A stretch of DNA of 64,000 bases from Azolla caroliniana (GCA_043228905.1 JBHGNT010000010.1:15748001-15812000), one strand, 5' to 3'; shown: positions 22,001 to 34,884, counted from the stretch's first letter. Program-made: numbers and translations. The notes: generated from the sequence alone by a model not told the origin.

Positions 22001-24585
22001 TTCCTCAGGAACTATGGATCGGCAGTAAGCCGAATTACGACAAGCTGAGGATCTTCGGATGCGAGGCATACGCCCTTATTCCGAAAGATGATCGCCGAAA
22101 ACTTGCACCTCGGTCCAGGAAATGCATTTTCCTTGGATATGGATCAGACGGCGAAATGGGATACCGACTCTGGGACCCCGAACGCAAACAAATCGTTCGA
22201 AGTTCGGACGTTGTGTTCAACGAGTCGGCTATGAATCCATCAGTCGAAAAACCGATCGAAGTCCGAAGGGTAACATTTTCCGATGTGCCGACCCTTCAAG
22301 AAGGCCCCGCTCTTAACACACGGTCAGCTTCACGGGTAGCTGAACCTTACACCACCGACTCGGACAACTCTGACTCGGCACAGCAGAATAATTCGCTTTC
22401 GGACCATCCGACCTCGATACCCGATGCGACCAGTCCAATCATACCTCGACGATCCGAGAGACTGTCGCAACCTCCGGAGAGGTATTCTCCTGGAATTTTC
22501 TTCACCGACGCCGGCGAACCGACGTCTTACGAAGAAGCATCGACATCTGTCGATTCAGCCACCTGGCATCTGGCGATGGAGTCGGAAATGCACTCCATTC
22601 GGGCAAACAAGACTTGGGATCTGGTCGAACTACCTAAGAATCGACGTGCTCTTCCTTGCAAGTGGGTTTATCGACTAAAAGAGACGTCTGATTCGACCAC
22701 CCCAAAGTACAAGGCCAGATTAGTTGCGAAGGGCTTCCGACAAGAATATGGCGTCGACTTCGACGAGATTTTTTCACCAGTGGTGAAAATGACAACCCTT
22801 CGTTTTCTACTCGGCGTAGTGGCAGCCGACAACTTGGAGCTGATTCAGCTAGATGTCAAAACAGCCTTCCTCCATGGTGATCTTGAAGAGGAAATTTATA
22901 TGGAGCAGCCAAAAGGCTTCGTGGCAACTGGCCAAGAACATCTAGTCTGCCGACTCAGGAAGAGTCTATACGGCCTCAAACAGGCACCGCGACAATGGTA
23001 CAAGAAGTTCGACGACTTCATCCAATCGATCGGCTTCTCAAAAAGCGATGAGGACCATTGTCTTTTTACCAACACAGCTCAAGATGGATCACCCATCTTC
23101 CTCATCATCTACGTGGACGACAGGCTAATTTCTGGACGCCACGCGGGCGAACTTGCCGATCTCATTCGGCAACTGCGGTTGAAGTTTGCCATGAAGGACT
23201 TCGGTCCGGCACGACACATACTCGGCATGAAGATTAGTCGGCATCGCGACAAACGACATCTTTTTTTGTCTCAGACCGACTATATCGGACGTGTCTTGGA
23301 ACGCTTCAACATGCAATCAGCCAAATCTGCTTCAACCCCGCTCCCCATGAATCTTCGGCTCTCTCAGCGAGACTGCCCGACATCCGGTCCGGAGGGGGAA
23401 GATATGAAGTCGGTACCGTATGCACCGGTAGTCGGCTCCCTTATGTACCTGATGGTCGCGACACGGCCTGATATCTCTCATGCCGTAGGAGTCGTTAGCA
23501 GATTTATGCACAATCCTGGCCGATCGCATTGGAACGCAGTCAAGCATGTGTTCAAATATCTGGCTGGCACAAAAGATCACGGCATTCTTTTCGGTCCGAA
23601 CTCAACCTCAGGCGTAGTCGGTTACACCGACTCGGACTTCACCGGCTGTATAGACAGTCGGAAATCAACAACCGGATACTGCTTCAAATTCGGCAATGGA
23701 GCAATTTCGTGGAAGTCGAAACTTCAGGAGTGCACAGCGACCTCAACGACCGAAGCAGAATATGTAGCTGCGTCCGACGCTGCAAAAGAAGCTTTGTGGC
23801 TCGGCCGGCTGGCGCACACGTTTCGGCAAGTCGACCATGACTCGGCTCCAGTTGTCTATAGCGACAGTCAAGGTGTTGTTGCCTTGTCGAGAAATCCGGT
23901 TCACCACAACGCCTCCAAACATATCGACGTTCGATATCACTTCGTTCGGGACTGCGTCATTTCAGGGAAAATCGGTCTAGAGAAAATATCCACAACTGAC
24001 AATGTCGCAGATGGAATGACCAAGTGTCTTTTGGCAGACCGCTTTCGGTCCCTTCGGCATCAGATGGGCGTAACGACAAACCAGTCCGGTTAGAGCCGGA
24101 CACAGCGCAGGATGGTTTCAGACAACCGACATCAGTTCCCTAATGATCGGCTTCAACTCTTCCGACCCGACCAGTCCGGTCTTCTGCCTTCGGACCCTGC
24201 CGACTCGAACAAAACTGATATGTCCGAGAACCTAGGTTTATACCTGTAATCTTAGATAACCCATGTATACGCCCATTACGGGGGAGTGTCGAATACAAGT
24301 GTATAATGGACGTATTCACACTATCTCTTTGTATAGATCAAGTTTGGGCCATTTGTGTAATTAGCATAAATGGTAGTTGCCCTAAGTCGGTCACTATATA
24401 TAGTGACCTTGTAACCTTTTTGTAAGGTTGGGTTGTATTATTATTTTCTATTGAATAGAAGAGTCTTTTGTCTCTCTCTCTCTCTCTCTCTCTCTGTGCA
24501 CGATCTTTGATTCTGTTATACGCAGGTTCTCAACCCTAATCGAATGCTTCTTGATCTTCCGCATTGACGACTTCTGTCTGCAACA
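19070..24585 (+). mobile_element. Copia-C: young intact Ty1/Copia (Tnt1/Tork-like) inserted in the Copia-A integrase region
   Basis: LTRs 19070-19364 and 24287-24585, differing by 1 SNP plus (CT)n length. TSD GTATT (19065-19069, 24586-24590); iMet PBS at 19367; PPT GGGGGAG before 24287. Confidence 0.96.
20059..24093 (+). CDS. gag-pol: Copia-C Gag-Pol polyprotein, 1344 aa, uninterrupted
   Basis: KFDGSNFNFWK gag, CNYCKKPGHIKADC knuckle, WLLDSGASFH protease, HHCC and DDE integrase, YVDD RT, RNase H ending KHIDVRYHFVRD...NVADGMTK. Confidence 0.93.
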   Translation: MMASTSGSSEMSLRKFDGSNFNFWKEQMQDYLIVKGQIDPIENEEPPEGYKPIEWQKLDRIVRATIRMHLSESVYFTVQSCTTAFELWKTLSDTYEKKVAAMKMFLIRRLYNLRMKESDSVQAHLNEYDSISSQISSQGTAIEDELRAMILMSSLPSSWETFVTTVCNASTTAVKYSEVTSAILTEAARRKSFAKDSTDDAYVVQGSTDRSNIRGRDSSRQPNNQQRRSQSRDNRICNYCKKPGHIKADCRALKNKNDKSQKSDKKSGRHEEINYISFSADVLPNDPNILSIENPVGSEVLLTTEESSTWLLDSGASFHLTPHRSQFRQYTIRHSDSVRVGNSQHCDIIGIGTVELNLAGGSTLVLHNVRHVPELSRPLISVGQLDEDGIRADFSSGGWTLHRGNLLLARGPKIHSLYPLHVTLREGNLFLVDIPVSSLWHRRLGHLSKAGITHLSRAGYIPKLSFSDHQFCEHCQYGKQAAASHPTSAPRETRPLDLVHSDVCGPMPHQSLGGASYFVSFIDDSTRKVWAYPIRTKDRVFSIFSDWLAMVENQTDRKLKCFRTDNGGEFKSEEFVKFCRQRGIRREFTAPHSPEQNGIAERMNRTIQERIVSMLQHSRLSDGFWAEALLTAVHIINMSPSRPLGLQIPQELWIGSKPNYDKLRIFGCEAYALIPKDDRRKLAPRSRKCIFLGYGSDGEMGYRLWDPERKQIVRSSDVVFNESAMNPSVEKPIEVRRVTFSDVPTLQEGPALNTRSASRVAEPYTTDSDNSDSAQQNNSLSDHPTSIPDATSPIIPRRSERLSQPPERYSPGIFFTDAGEPTSYEEASTSVDSATWHLAMESEMHSIRANKTWDLVELPKNRRALPCKWVYRLKETSDSTTPKYKARLVAKGFRQEYGVDFDEIFSPVVKMTTLRFLLGVVAADNLELIQLDVKTAFLHGDLEEEIYMEQPKGFVATGQEHLVCRLRKSLYGLKQAPRQWYKKFDDFIQSIGFSKSDEDHCLFTNTAQDGSPIFLIIYVDDRLISGRHAGELADLIRQLRLKFAMKDFGPARHILGMKISRHRDKRHLFLSQTDYIGRVLERFNMQSAKSASTPLPMNLRLSQRDCPTSGPEGEDMKSVPYAPVVGSLMYLMVATRPDISHAVGVVSRFMHNPGRSHWNAVKHVFKYLAGTKDHGILFGPNSTSGVVGYTDSDFTGCIDSRKSTTGYCFKFGNGAISWKSKLQECTATSTTEAEYVAASDAAKEALWLGRLAHTFRQVDHDSAPVVYSDSQGVVALSRNPVHHNASKHIDVRYHFVRDCVISGKIGLEKISTTDNVADGMTKCLLADRFRSLRHQMGVTTNQSG

Positions 24586-27500
24586 GTATTTGATGAGGTG
24601 ACATCATGGTATGGCCCAACATCAGTGACCCCCACCGTGCTCGAAACAAGTAGATCTGGAGCAGATTCTCAAAGTGAAGAAGAAGAGATGCTAACGAACA
24701 TTATGGGTGGAGAACTAGCAGAGAGTCTGCCCACACTCCAGCTGACTGGACATGAGGTGTCATCCAGCAATCAGAGTCTTGCACAACATGAAGAAACCTC
24801 TGATGTGTTGTCACCTTGGTGCTACACCCGTAGAAAGAAAAACAAATGGCAAGATGCTTGAGCAAGAGGCCAAGGACATGACATCCAGTGAAGACTCAGA
24901 TCATTCACCCCGATCAGTCCACACCAAGTATGAAATGAAGAAGGCCTCAGAAATGACGAAAGGAAAACTCCGTCAATCGAACCAGAAAAGAGCCCGATAG
25001 TTAGGTTTGGGTACAATGAGTACATGGCCCACCACTATGCATTCATGATGAAGGTCACATTAGACCAAGAACCCGAGACTTACAAAGAAGTTACCCAAGA
25101 TCCCTGGTGGATCGAGGCAATGAGGGAGGAGATGCGCACGTTGTTTGACCATGATACTTGGGATTAAGTCCCATCCTCTGAAATCAAGGAAAAGCCAATT
25201 GGTTGCCGTTGGGTGTTCAAGATAAAGCATAATACGGATGCCACGGTCAATCAATTCAAGGTTCGGCTAGTCGCCAAAGGGTATGCTCAAACCCATGGCA
25301 TAGACTATGAGGAGACATTTGCCTCGGTGGCAAAAATGACCACTATGAGGACGGTAATTGCACTCGCAGCAGCGAAAGGATGGCACTTGCATCAAATGGA
25401 TGTGAAGAACGCATTCCTCCAAGGTGAGCTCGAGGAGGAAGTTTACATGATGCAACCACCTGGCTTCGAATCAAACAAACATCCACATGTAGTTTGCCGA
25501 TTCAAGAAGCCGCGCTATGGACTGACGCAAGCCCCAAGAGCATGGCATTCAAAGATCACATCATATCTTCACGACATTGGCTTCCGGATGTCAAAATCTG
25601 AAAACTAGTTGTATGTTCAGAACAATCCCAAAAGCCCCATCTTCTTAATCTTGTATGTCGATGACCCTGTCAACAGTGGAGAAAGCCTCACCAAGACACA
25701 AAAGATTAAAAAGCTGGTTTTGCAGAAGTTCGAGATGAAGGATCTGAATGACTTACATTAATTTCTCGGCATTGAGGTCATTCAAACTCTAGAAAGGTTC
25801 CTACTCTCACAACGACACTATGTGTTGAACTTGCTCTACAAGTTCGGAATGATTGAGTGTAAGTCCATCTCGACACCCCTTGATCGAAATATGAAGCTAA
25901 TAGCATATTCTAGAAAATCTGTGAGCCGACACAGTATCGCCAAATAATTGGGAGTCTTATCTACTTAACTATCACCCGACCATACCTCGGCTACCCGGTC
26001 GGGGTTCTTAGCCAGTTCATGGAAACCACCCGCGACACTCACATGGATTGTGCTAAGCGAGTGTTACGTTATGTTAGTGGAACACTTGATTATGGTATCT
26101 TCTATAAATGTGGAGCACCACTTCGACTCGAAAGCTTCACAAATGCTGATTGGGTGGGCAATGCATCTAATAGGCGATCCACTTCGGGATTTATGTTTTC
26201 ACTCGGTAGTGGAGCAATCTCTTGGAGCAGCAAGAAACAACCAACAGTCGCTCTATCGAGCACCAAGGCAGAGTATAGGGCTGCAGCTATAGTTGTTTGT
26301 GAAGTTGTATGGCTTAAAAGACTATTAAAAGACTTCAACGAATTGGTGAACAAGCCAATATTGATCCACTACGATAATTTCAGCAACATCCAGCTTGTAA
26401 AGAATTTGGTGTTTCACGCGCAAACTAAGCACATCGAGGTGCACTATCATTACATCCGTGAGCACATATTGGCCGGCGACATTGACCACCAATACATTGG
26501 CATCAATATGCAAGTGGCTGATATTTTCACTAAGGCGCTAGGTCTTGACAAGTTACGACAATTCTCAGTGGATCTAGGCCTTAGACCACTCGATATGTTG
26601 AGCTTGGGGGAGAGTAAAAGTACAAAGACGAAGGAAAACATGGAGAATCACCACCATACAAGAGGAAGAGTGAGACTGACATCGGCAAAGTAAGGCTGAC
26701 ATCGACAAAGTAAGGCCGACACATTTAATCCAACTTGACACGACAAGTTAGAGGAAGATTTTCCAAAGAACGGAATTTTTGAAGCTCGAAATTTTGGATT
26801 GGCAAGATCGACATTGCTAGATCAAGATCGAGTACATACGAACAATGGGAAAACCACGGTCTAGTAGTCCAACCAACTGCAGTTGGGTCTTCAACTACAC
26901 CAAGATAACTAAGCTTATGATGACACACAATTGACCTTCAGGGGCGTGTTGAGAATCAAGCTCAACTTGTGTGAACATGTGCTTATGAAGAAAGGGAGGA
27001 TGTGTTAAAAAGTGTGTGAAAACACTTTATTGTAATCCGTGTAGTTGTCGAGTGTTGATGTAGTCAAAGAATATTATATATTCTTATGACAAAATTGTAC
27101 TCAAGTGGATATCTTGGTTAGATTCAACCAACACATTTAATATGGCAATCCCTTGAGGACTTGTATATAAAACCCCCTTTGCCCATTCTGTTTTGTTGAT
27201 GATCTTTAGATAATTAATATAGCTCTCTTAAGTGCATAAGTTGTCATCCCCCTATTGTATGTTTTCTTATTTTTCTGGTTATTCTTGCTTATACATTCAC
27301 TCACTCACTCTCTCACACACACTACGCTTCTGAATACTAAACTCTACTAGAGTTAGATTCTTTATAGTTATGTTGTAACCAACACAGGCAAATACATAGT
27401 CATGTATCTTTGTAGATGATCTATTCAAGTTCTAGGAATATTTAGAAAGTTTTAGGCTAGGAGGTTCTAGAGGGTTCTAGAATATTCTCAAAAATATTTT

Positions 27501-28850
27501 GTAGAATATTCTAATGCATGTACTTCAGCTTAGAGTATAAATTCTTGTAACCTCCTTGGTCCCTTTCAAGGGATTCAACGCCAGTCATTGACATATCAAT
27601 CTAGTATTCTTGTTTAGCCCCATTTTCTCCCCTTGATTTATATCTCCGTCTTTATGCTATTGTATTGTTCCTAGCATTCGTAACCTCATCACGTCGCTCC
27701 CAACTTCCCGAGTTTCTAGCCTCATCACGTCAAGTTCCACGTTCGTAACCTTATCGATCGCTGCCTTGTCATCTGTGCTTTGTCGTGTCTAGAGTTGGTG
27801 TGTTCGTGACAGTATTGGTGATAGTGAACTCATGTGATTTGATCATGACAACAACTTATTCGAGTTTCGAAAAAGCAAAGCAAGTAAAATACACTTTATT
27901 GAGTGCTTGTGGAATTATTCAAGAAGCAAATTCTGTCATTGTTTCTAAGCGTATAACTAAAAGTAGGCAAATGACCTTACATGATTTTGGTATGAAATAG
28001 AGAAAGACTTAGAAATGATATTTTTGTTGATGATTTTGTTGTTTTTTGAATGTTTGGGACATAGTTTCAATTTGGTTTGATGTAATTTTGTCATGAAACA
28101 ATGTAAACTTTTTTATCAGGATTTTGACCTCCATGAAAAGAACACTTAATAGAATGGCACACAAGTGGGCACGCAGTTACCGAATGGTTGCTGTATAGGG
28201 ATCATAGAATCTCTTTCGCCTAGACACATTATTTTTCTAAGGGTGCTTCCTCTAGGAAAATTGTGACAAAGCTAGGATAAACAAAAAAACATACATGAAT
28301 AGCGCAATGTGATATCCCTCATCTTATTAGCATTGTCTACAAAAAGGCAATCTTTTGATTTTGAGGTGTAATTGAAATTTTTTCAAAATGTATCAACAAA
28401 AAGAATCCTCTTTATCATGTATCAACAAAAAGAATGGTCTTTATCATGTAACTTTCCTATTTTAATTATATTTATAGATCTTATAAAAGTTTATTGTGTA
28501 TTGTTTCCTTCCCTCTCTCATTTTCAAAGATAACTCATTCTGACATTTGCACATAATGTTGTCAAGAAGTTGATGTTGGAAAGTTTCTTGCATCAATATC
28601 CCACTAGTTTCTTGTTAATTCTTTAAAGTCACATATGGATGAAGTTTTAATAATATTGAGAGCACTAATGTTTTCCACTTGAATGTTCAATAATGATGTA
28701 TGACTTCGCTAATTGATCTTCTCTTAGGTTTACAACCATGTGCCAATTGATATTGAATGTTAAATAAACATTGGAACATTTGGTAAGTTTTTTTATTATG
28801 ATCAAGATTACAGTAATAACAACCTAGTGCACACATAATACACACACACA

Positions 28851-29198
28851 TGTTGGATCAAAATGCTTATTTTATCTTTAATAATGATAAAACATTATGA
28901 CTGCAATTACAATATAAGTGATAGAAGCAAGAAATATGGGGTGTGCACATGCATAAGAGATTCATCGATGTAATAGTCTTCATTGATTCAATAGCCTACA
29001 CAAGCTTAAGAATTGACCTTTTCATTCATATGTACAACCAAAACCCTTACAAACAATGATACTACATTTTGCTTACAAAACCCTTGAACCAACACTTTGT
29101 AGTTGAAAAATAAACGTGAACCGATGTCTTCGAGCAAGCAGTAGTTTCCTTCTTGTTACATTGTTGCAAGGTTGATCCATGCTTACCACTCCCCCTAA
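28851..29198 (-). mobile_element. Probable old 3' LTR with PPT remnant
   Basis: On the minus strand, a PPT-like TTAGGGGGAG (29189-29198) is followed by TG... and ends ...TCCAACA at 28851. No partner LTR was seen. Confidence 0.35.
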
Positions 29199-31984
29199 CC
29201 TAATGAGTGTGCAAACATGCCATGGATGTTTTAGTTGTAGTCTATGGTTTTGAGATAGGGGCAAGACCCCCATGGGGTTTGAGGTTTTGACTTGGGAGGC
29301 AAATGGGAAGGGGCCTAAAGGGTGGTGGTGTTGGATGGGTTGGCATCAAAAGGCAGGGCTTTGCGCTTAAGATGTGGTGGGAGGGTTAACTTAGGGATTG
29401 GGGAAAGTCACTCCCCAACGGCAAAGACCACATCACACATCAACACATAAAAGCACTTACCTCTCCACTCTATGCAACCGTGGAATCCTTGAAGGCTTCT
29501 TAAGTTAACATAAATTAAGACACACTTAATCACTACAATATTTAAGAAATATGTTAGTCTCAATTAAATAGATAACCGCTATATTAGAAACATAACATGT
29601 GTCTCAATTAAATAGATAATTATTAAATCCTATGCATACATGAATGTACATACACCCAAAATAACTCATGTACAACACTTCCATCGATAATATAAACCCT
29701 TATTCACTCATTCATGCACTTAAACATACACATATTCATATTGATGTATATACAATTGTAAAAGTATATTACAAGTAAAGCAATAAAAGTTTATACATAT
29801 TTACACACACTTCACACTATACAGTCACTTACTTAAATTGGAGTTGTTGTGTCGATGATTTATGGGCAATGATCTCCCTCTTCCTCTCTGTTAATCGTGT
29901 AGCTCCTCAATTATCAACAAATGCCTCTTCGTTTTCCCACCTCCCATTGCCTTCTCTTCTTCATCAGGCCATGTAGTTTTGGCCTTAGCTAAGCCTAGAA
30001 TGTCCTAGAAAGGGTTGAAGGTAAACACCCTAGGACTTAGAAAGGAAATGACTATGCCCTCCCAAAGGGCCTATGGATGATGGAATGTCCCTAAGTCTAA
30101 AATGAGGAACTAAGGATGATTTGAGGTCCCTAGGTCTGAAATGAGGAACTAAGGACTCTAAACAAAGGCTTGAGACAAGGTTGTTCTTATTCATGGCAAG
30201 TTCAAATCTTGTTGTTTGTCAAATATTCTCTGTATTTTGAAATTTGATTTGTGCTCACGATCCAAAAAGTTGTAGCGATTCTTGTGGAATCAACTCAACA
30301 ATGGTGTGTTATTCAATCAAAAGTACAAATGTGAATCCTTTTTTGTGTAAAATTAAAATGATATTATGTGTATTTGCTTGGCCCATGCTTGGGTTTTCGA
30401 AGTAGCGATCCTTGATCGATCTTGAATTGTAAGGACATCATTACAACCCTTTCATCAAGTACATAAATTCTAATGATTAAAGGTGAAAATATTTTTTGTG
30501 ACTTACTATAAATCCCAAAAATAAACAAAAATGAATATGTATACTAAGTTCTAACAAAGTTTTTACAATGATCAACCTCATTTTTTTTTTCCAAAAAAAA
30601 AACACTACTTCCCATTAGTTAGCAAACGAAGTACATCAAAGTTCGGCCATAATCAACCTCATTACATAAGGTGTGAGAAAAAAGACGATGAATAGTGAAA
30701 AACTTCAAAGAGTGTCAAGGGGAGATCCTTGAGTTTAAGTGTATGAGTCTACAATTCATTCGCCTTTTGTCATCACAAACCTCCCACATGCCCTCATGAT
30801 TTACTACCCCGAAATAATCTATTCGCCAATAAAGCTCGAGTGCTTCAACCCAAAATAACCATCCTTGACAATGAGCTCTCTTTGTCCTTTATTTGTTTTC
30901 AAGTGCTCCCTTACCAAAACCTTTTGTAGCACATGTTGTCACTTGTCTAGACTTATCCTTGACTTTTGCAACAATAGATCGTTCATTTCATTTTTACTCA
31001 TACCTCATTTTTCTACTTCATACAACATAGTTCACCTTACTTATGCCTAGAGATTCTAGTGCTTAGACATTACCACTTTGCCATGTATTAATATTTATAT
31101 AAATGTTGCCTCAATCTTTTCCCTTAAACATCACTTCCACACAATATCTCGCCCTAATGTAAAACACATCATCTCAACATTTCCCCCCCTTGCATACTCT
31201 ACATCATGACAAAATGACAATATCAATATCAATATCCAAGACACAAGTGTGGGTCCAAGAGAAGAGAATATTTGAAATATTGTAAGGCTAGAGCCTTAGG
31301 ATCACCCCAATGTGATAGGGAATAAAGGCTTGCCCTCTCATATTTAGTATAAAGTGCTTCTCTTTCTCTTGTATGTGTTGGTGATTCTCATTAATCAAAG
31401 TGTGGTGATTTGTTTCTACTTGTTTTAATAAGCTAGCACTTAAGCTTTATTAAGGAACTAGTCAATTTCTTGGCGAGGATAGTCTTTGAGAGAGATGAGT
31501 TTGAGTTCGCTAATACTCTACACGTGAGTGATTGACAACCACTCTTGTTCAACTTACCATGAATATGGTATATGACAATTCAAACTCTACAAATACAACC
31601 TCAAGGTGGAGGTATATCTTCACTAAGACAAAGACATGTTGTCATTGTGAACACTTTGACCTTTTTGGTTGTGCTACCAAGGATACCACGACCATTGCTA
31701 GAAGTTGTTAATGAGCTTTTTTTAACTCCTGAGGCAAACCTTACTTATCGAGGGAAGAACCGAAGGAGATGAGAAGGAAGTCGCGGACGTCACAACAATT
31801 GTAGTGAGAGGTTAAACCGAGGGGTTGAAGCCTCGTAAGTGGAGTGTTTGGTCTTTTGTTTTAATTAATTCTTCTTCTTTCCTATTCTTTTTGTCACTTG
31901 GGTGATTATTTTTTAATAATGTCCTCATTTACCATTAGCTTAGTGGCTAGTTCCCGAACAATTTAGTTTCTTTTTTACTTTGTT

Positions 31985-33007
31985 TTTTTTTTCCCAAAAA
32001 AAAACTCCTTCCATTAGTTATACAATTTTACAAATGAGATGATTATGTACAAATCCCTATAGGGACGCGATAGTTCCATCTTATGTGGATGCCCATTGAC
32101 TCAAGAAAGGGAGAGGACGACCATTGTTGGATGAAGGCTATTCGTTGTCTTTCAACTCCATCGGAGTTGCCCTTGAGGCCATCATATTGGCTCTTTAGAG
32201 TGGCTACAATTTCACTCCATATCTCTTGCAGTAACATTGTTGGATGCGCGGTTTGGTTGGAGAAGACCCGTCTACACCGTTGTTTCCATAGAATCCAAAG
32301 AGTTTTTGGGTTGACCAATTCCAACACAACTTGAGATTTGTCATTAAGAGGAGTTGAGTGGACATTGCCAATAGTGGAGAAAAAAACCTCTTATGCTTTT
32401 ATTACCAAAGTCATCCCCTCCTCCTGATGCTCGTATTTGCCAACTAGGGTCTGCCATGACATCCAACATATATTTCCCCACTTGATTGAGCCTTGCACTT
32501 GGCATAATTGCAACAAGCGGCCAACCCCCCCTCCATATTCAATGGGAAGCTGGGCAATCCCACAGAGCGTGTTGTATTGATTCTACTGCATTTGGAGACT
32601 CTACACAATTAGGAGAGCTAAGGTTCCCACATTGTCATGCTCCCACCGGTAGTGACTTATGTATTAATAGCCATTGGAACATGGTAATTTGCCTTGCGTG
32701 TTGTTGTTTCCAGATTTTTTGCCAAAACTTGGTGATAATTGTGTGAGGAACTTGATATGTGTGCTAGACCTTTGTCGCAACCGGCTCTCGGCCAGTTTGA
32801 GCAGCTAGGATGTGGCGACCAATCTAGTTGTGAATTGGAAGAAAGGGATGGGTTTGCTTCCTTGCTCTCCACGTTAGGATCACGCCATGTCCATTGCAAA
32901 GGGTCCCAATTGACCTTACGTAGCCATGTGTTTTCATGAGTACATATGTGCCAATTGGGGTTGTACTTTGATCGGATCAGGATCTACAATCCATTTATGA
33001 TCAATAT
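31985..33007 (-). mobile_element. 5'-truncated (~1 kb) copy of the same L1 family as 656-3454
   Basis: Reverse complement matches about 2430-3450 (e.g. LWILWKQRCRRVFSNQ...ATLKSQYDGLKGNSD) and has the same GGAAGGAGTTTTTTTT(G)GGAAAAAA end. Confidence 0.9.
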
Positions 33008-34437
33008 TGTTTTATTTTTCTTAAATTTTTAATGTTTTGATTTTCATTTTTTTTGCATGCTTTGGTTAGCCTTTTGGGTATAATTTAAGTCATCTAAACC
33101 CCCAATCAACTGAGAGGGGGACATACTTTCAAGGAATAAGGAATTTCTTAGATTCCGTAACTTCCCCACTAGGAGTAAAAGCTTTTTAATGCACTTTAAT
33201 TGTTTATACTTCTATCTTTTTAAGGAATTACCCCAAAGAAAATTCCGGAGTACTTTACACGAAGTCAAAATACCTGAGCATTTTTTATTCAAAGGTAACT
33301 CACAAGAGGGAAATTAACCAAAAGGAGTTTTTCCCGAGCTAAAATACTAGAAGGAAACATGCAAACAATGGAGTTAAGTTATTAATGGAGTTGTCACCCA
33401 ACTAAAAGAGAAGATAAGAAAATAAAAATGCAACAAATCAATGCCTTATCCAAAGGTAGTTAACTTATAGTCCTAGGAGCTAGTTAGAATGATTAAGTAG
33501 AATAGAGTGTTTTTGTCATGTCATATGTACATACATGTGAAGATTCTTTGACAACCACATTGGCATCTAGTGAATTAAGAGATATGTATGAACTTTGAAG
33601 TATGTATGTAATAGAGAGGTGAGAAATTTGGGTTTCGAACACATGACGTTTTTTAATTTCTTTATTTCCCTGTAACACCCTTAAATATTTATTTTATTTC
33701 CCAAAATGCCACTAGTCAATACTCTAAACGTATTAATGTTTTGGCTATGCATGGTTGAGTTATCCTCCCTTTTTTCTCTCTCTCTCTCTCCCCTTTACAT
33801 GATTTTGGAGGGCATTTGAGAAAATAAGGAAAACTCTGAGTCAAAAGGCATCAACAAACATTAAAGAAAAACTTGAGGGGCCATTCAAATGAGATACCAA
33901 AGAACATATGCTTTTTGCTTAAAAGTTTTCAAAAAACTTATGGGTAGTTTGGTACAATGTTTGAGGCTCCTAATCACATGCCAATTACGATTAATCACAT
34001 AATTAAGCAAAGTTGCAGCATTAGATTCTAATCTTGGCAAACTAATACTAGTAATTAACTAGTGGATATTAAGATCTTGTAATCAACAATACGTGGTTAT
34101 ACCAAACACATACAACATGATTAATTAGGTGTTAAATGACAAACACACTTGAATGAATTGGATGTTGATATTAACTTAAAAGTTTGGCAACCGACCTAAT
34201 TAGGTGTGCTAATCCTGAGTAAAACCCACCTAATTAAGGAATTGTGGGTTGTTAAACATAATGCCTCAAGGTAGCTAGCAATCATTTGGTGTTAGTTTCT
34301 TCTTTTCTACATTCTCTTTTGTGAGAATCTCTGTGCGTGTGTGTGTGACCCATGACAAATCATTTACACCATAATTCTGCAGAGAAGAACAGGTGAGCAA
34401 ATACAGCAGCTATTCTGAGAAAATATATCAATCTGAC

Positions 34438-34814
34438 TCAGAGTGTGGCAGCAATCTGTTGATCAAAATCGGTCTCCGTCTCCGGCAATCTTTCAGATCG
34501 GCTTGTCGAGAGATCGCGGATGACCATGTTTCGCAGTTGATCATCGAGGTACTCATGGACTCTGGAATGCTTACTAATCAGTAGCATCTCATCTTGCTCT
34601 TCTTCTGCTACTTGAAGCTCACCAATGTTGGTGATATATGGAGTGAGGCTTTGATCATCCATGGGCAGTAAAGGTTGTGAAGGTCCATGAATGAGATTGG
34701 ATGTGAGCACAAGGCCCCTCCTTCTTTTACATGGGTCTTTCATGAATTTAAGAAAGCAAAGCAAGAAGAGGAAGAAGGGGAGGGTGAGGAAGAGGAGAGG
34801 AAGAAGGAAAGGGG

Positions 34815-34847
<33 letters not shown>

Positions 34848-34884
34848 AGAAGAATGAGGTGTGGGTAGAAGAAGCCATAGCCAC
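34438..34884 (-). CDS. Possible small orphan protein (146-148 aa) with a hydrophobic N-terminus
   Basis: The ORF lies in apparently non-TE sequence, with (CT)n/(CA)n-rich upstream DNA resembling a plant 5' region. The N-terminal poly-F/L stretch is encoded by a (CTT)n microsatellite. No recognisable domain. Confidence 0.3.

Larger units (their letters stand above)
10258..27366 (+). mobile_element. Copia-A: decayed full-length Ty1/Copia element hosting two younger Copia insertions
   Basis: LTRs 10258-10703 and 26947-27366; TSD GTTAT (10253-10257, 27367-27371); tRNA-iMet PBS TGGTATCAGAGC at 10704; PPT before 26947. Fragmented gag (10866-11197, 17159-17733), PR WFMDSGASNHMT, IN (18222-19069) and RT/RNase H (25060-26693), all with stops or frameshifts. 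Confidence 0.93.
10188..27811. mobile_element. Solo LTR (~510 bp: 10188-10257 and 27372-27811), interrupted by Copia-A
   Basis: Termini TGTCACATACA ... TGTTCGTGACA (inverted); 5-bp TSD GTATT at 10183-10187 and 27812-27816. Confidence 0.8.
8422..28193 (+). mobile_element. Decayed pogo/Tigger-like (Tc1/mariner superfamily) DNA transposon, split by the retroelement nest
   Basis: TA at both ends (8420-8421 and 28194-28195). Degenerate TIRs TAGTAGCCATTCATTAAGTGTG and rc CAGCAACCATTCGGTAACTGCG, differing mostly by transitions. Shared subterminal motif TTTGACCTC..GAAAA..ACACTTA near 8447 and 28122. Transposase remnants lie inside. Confidence 0.7.

Noticed and set aside
10183-24590. Identical GTATT TSD for the solo LTR and Copia-C, suggesting shared target specificity
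   Set aside because: These are different families, the 5-mer is AT-rich, and the other Copia TSDs differ, so coincidence is likely.
33940-34270. Possible Tourist-like MITE
   Set aside because: Termini are too degenerate and no convincing TSD was found.
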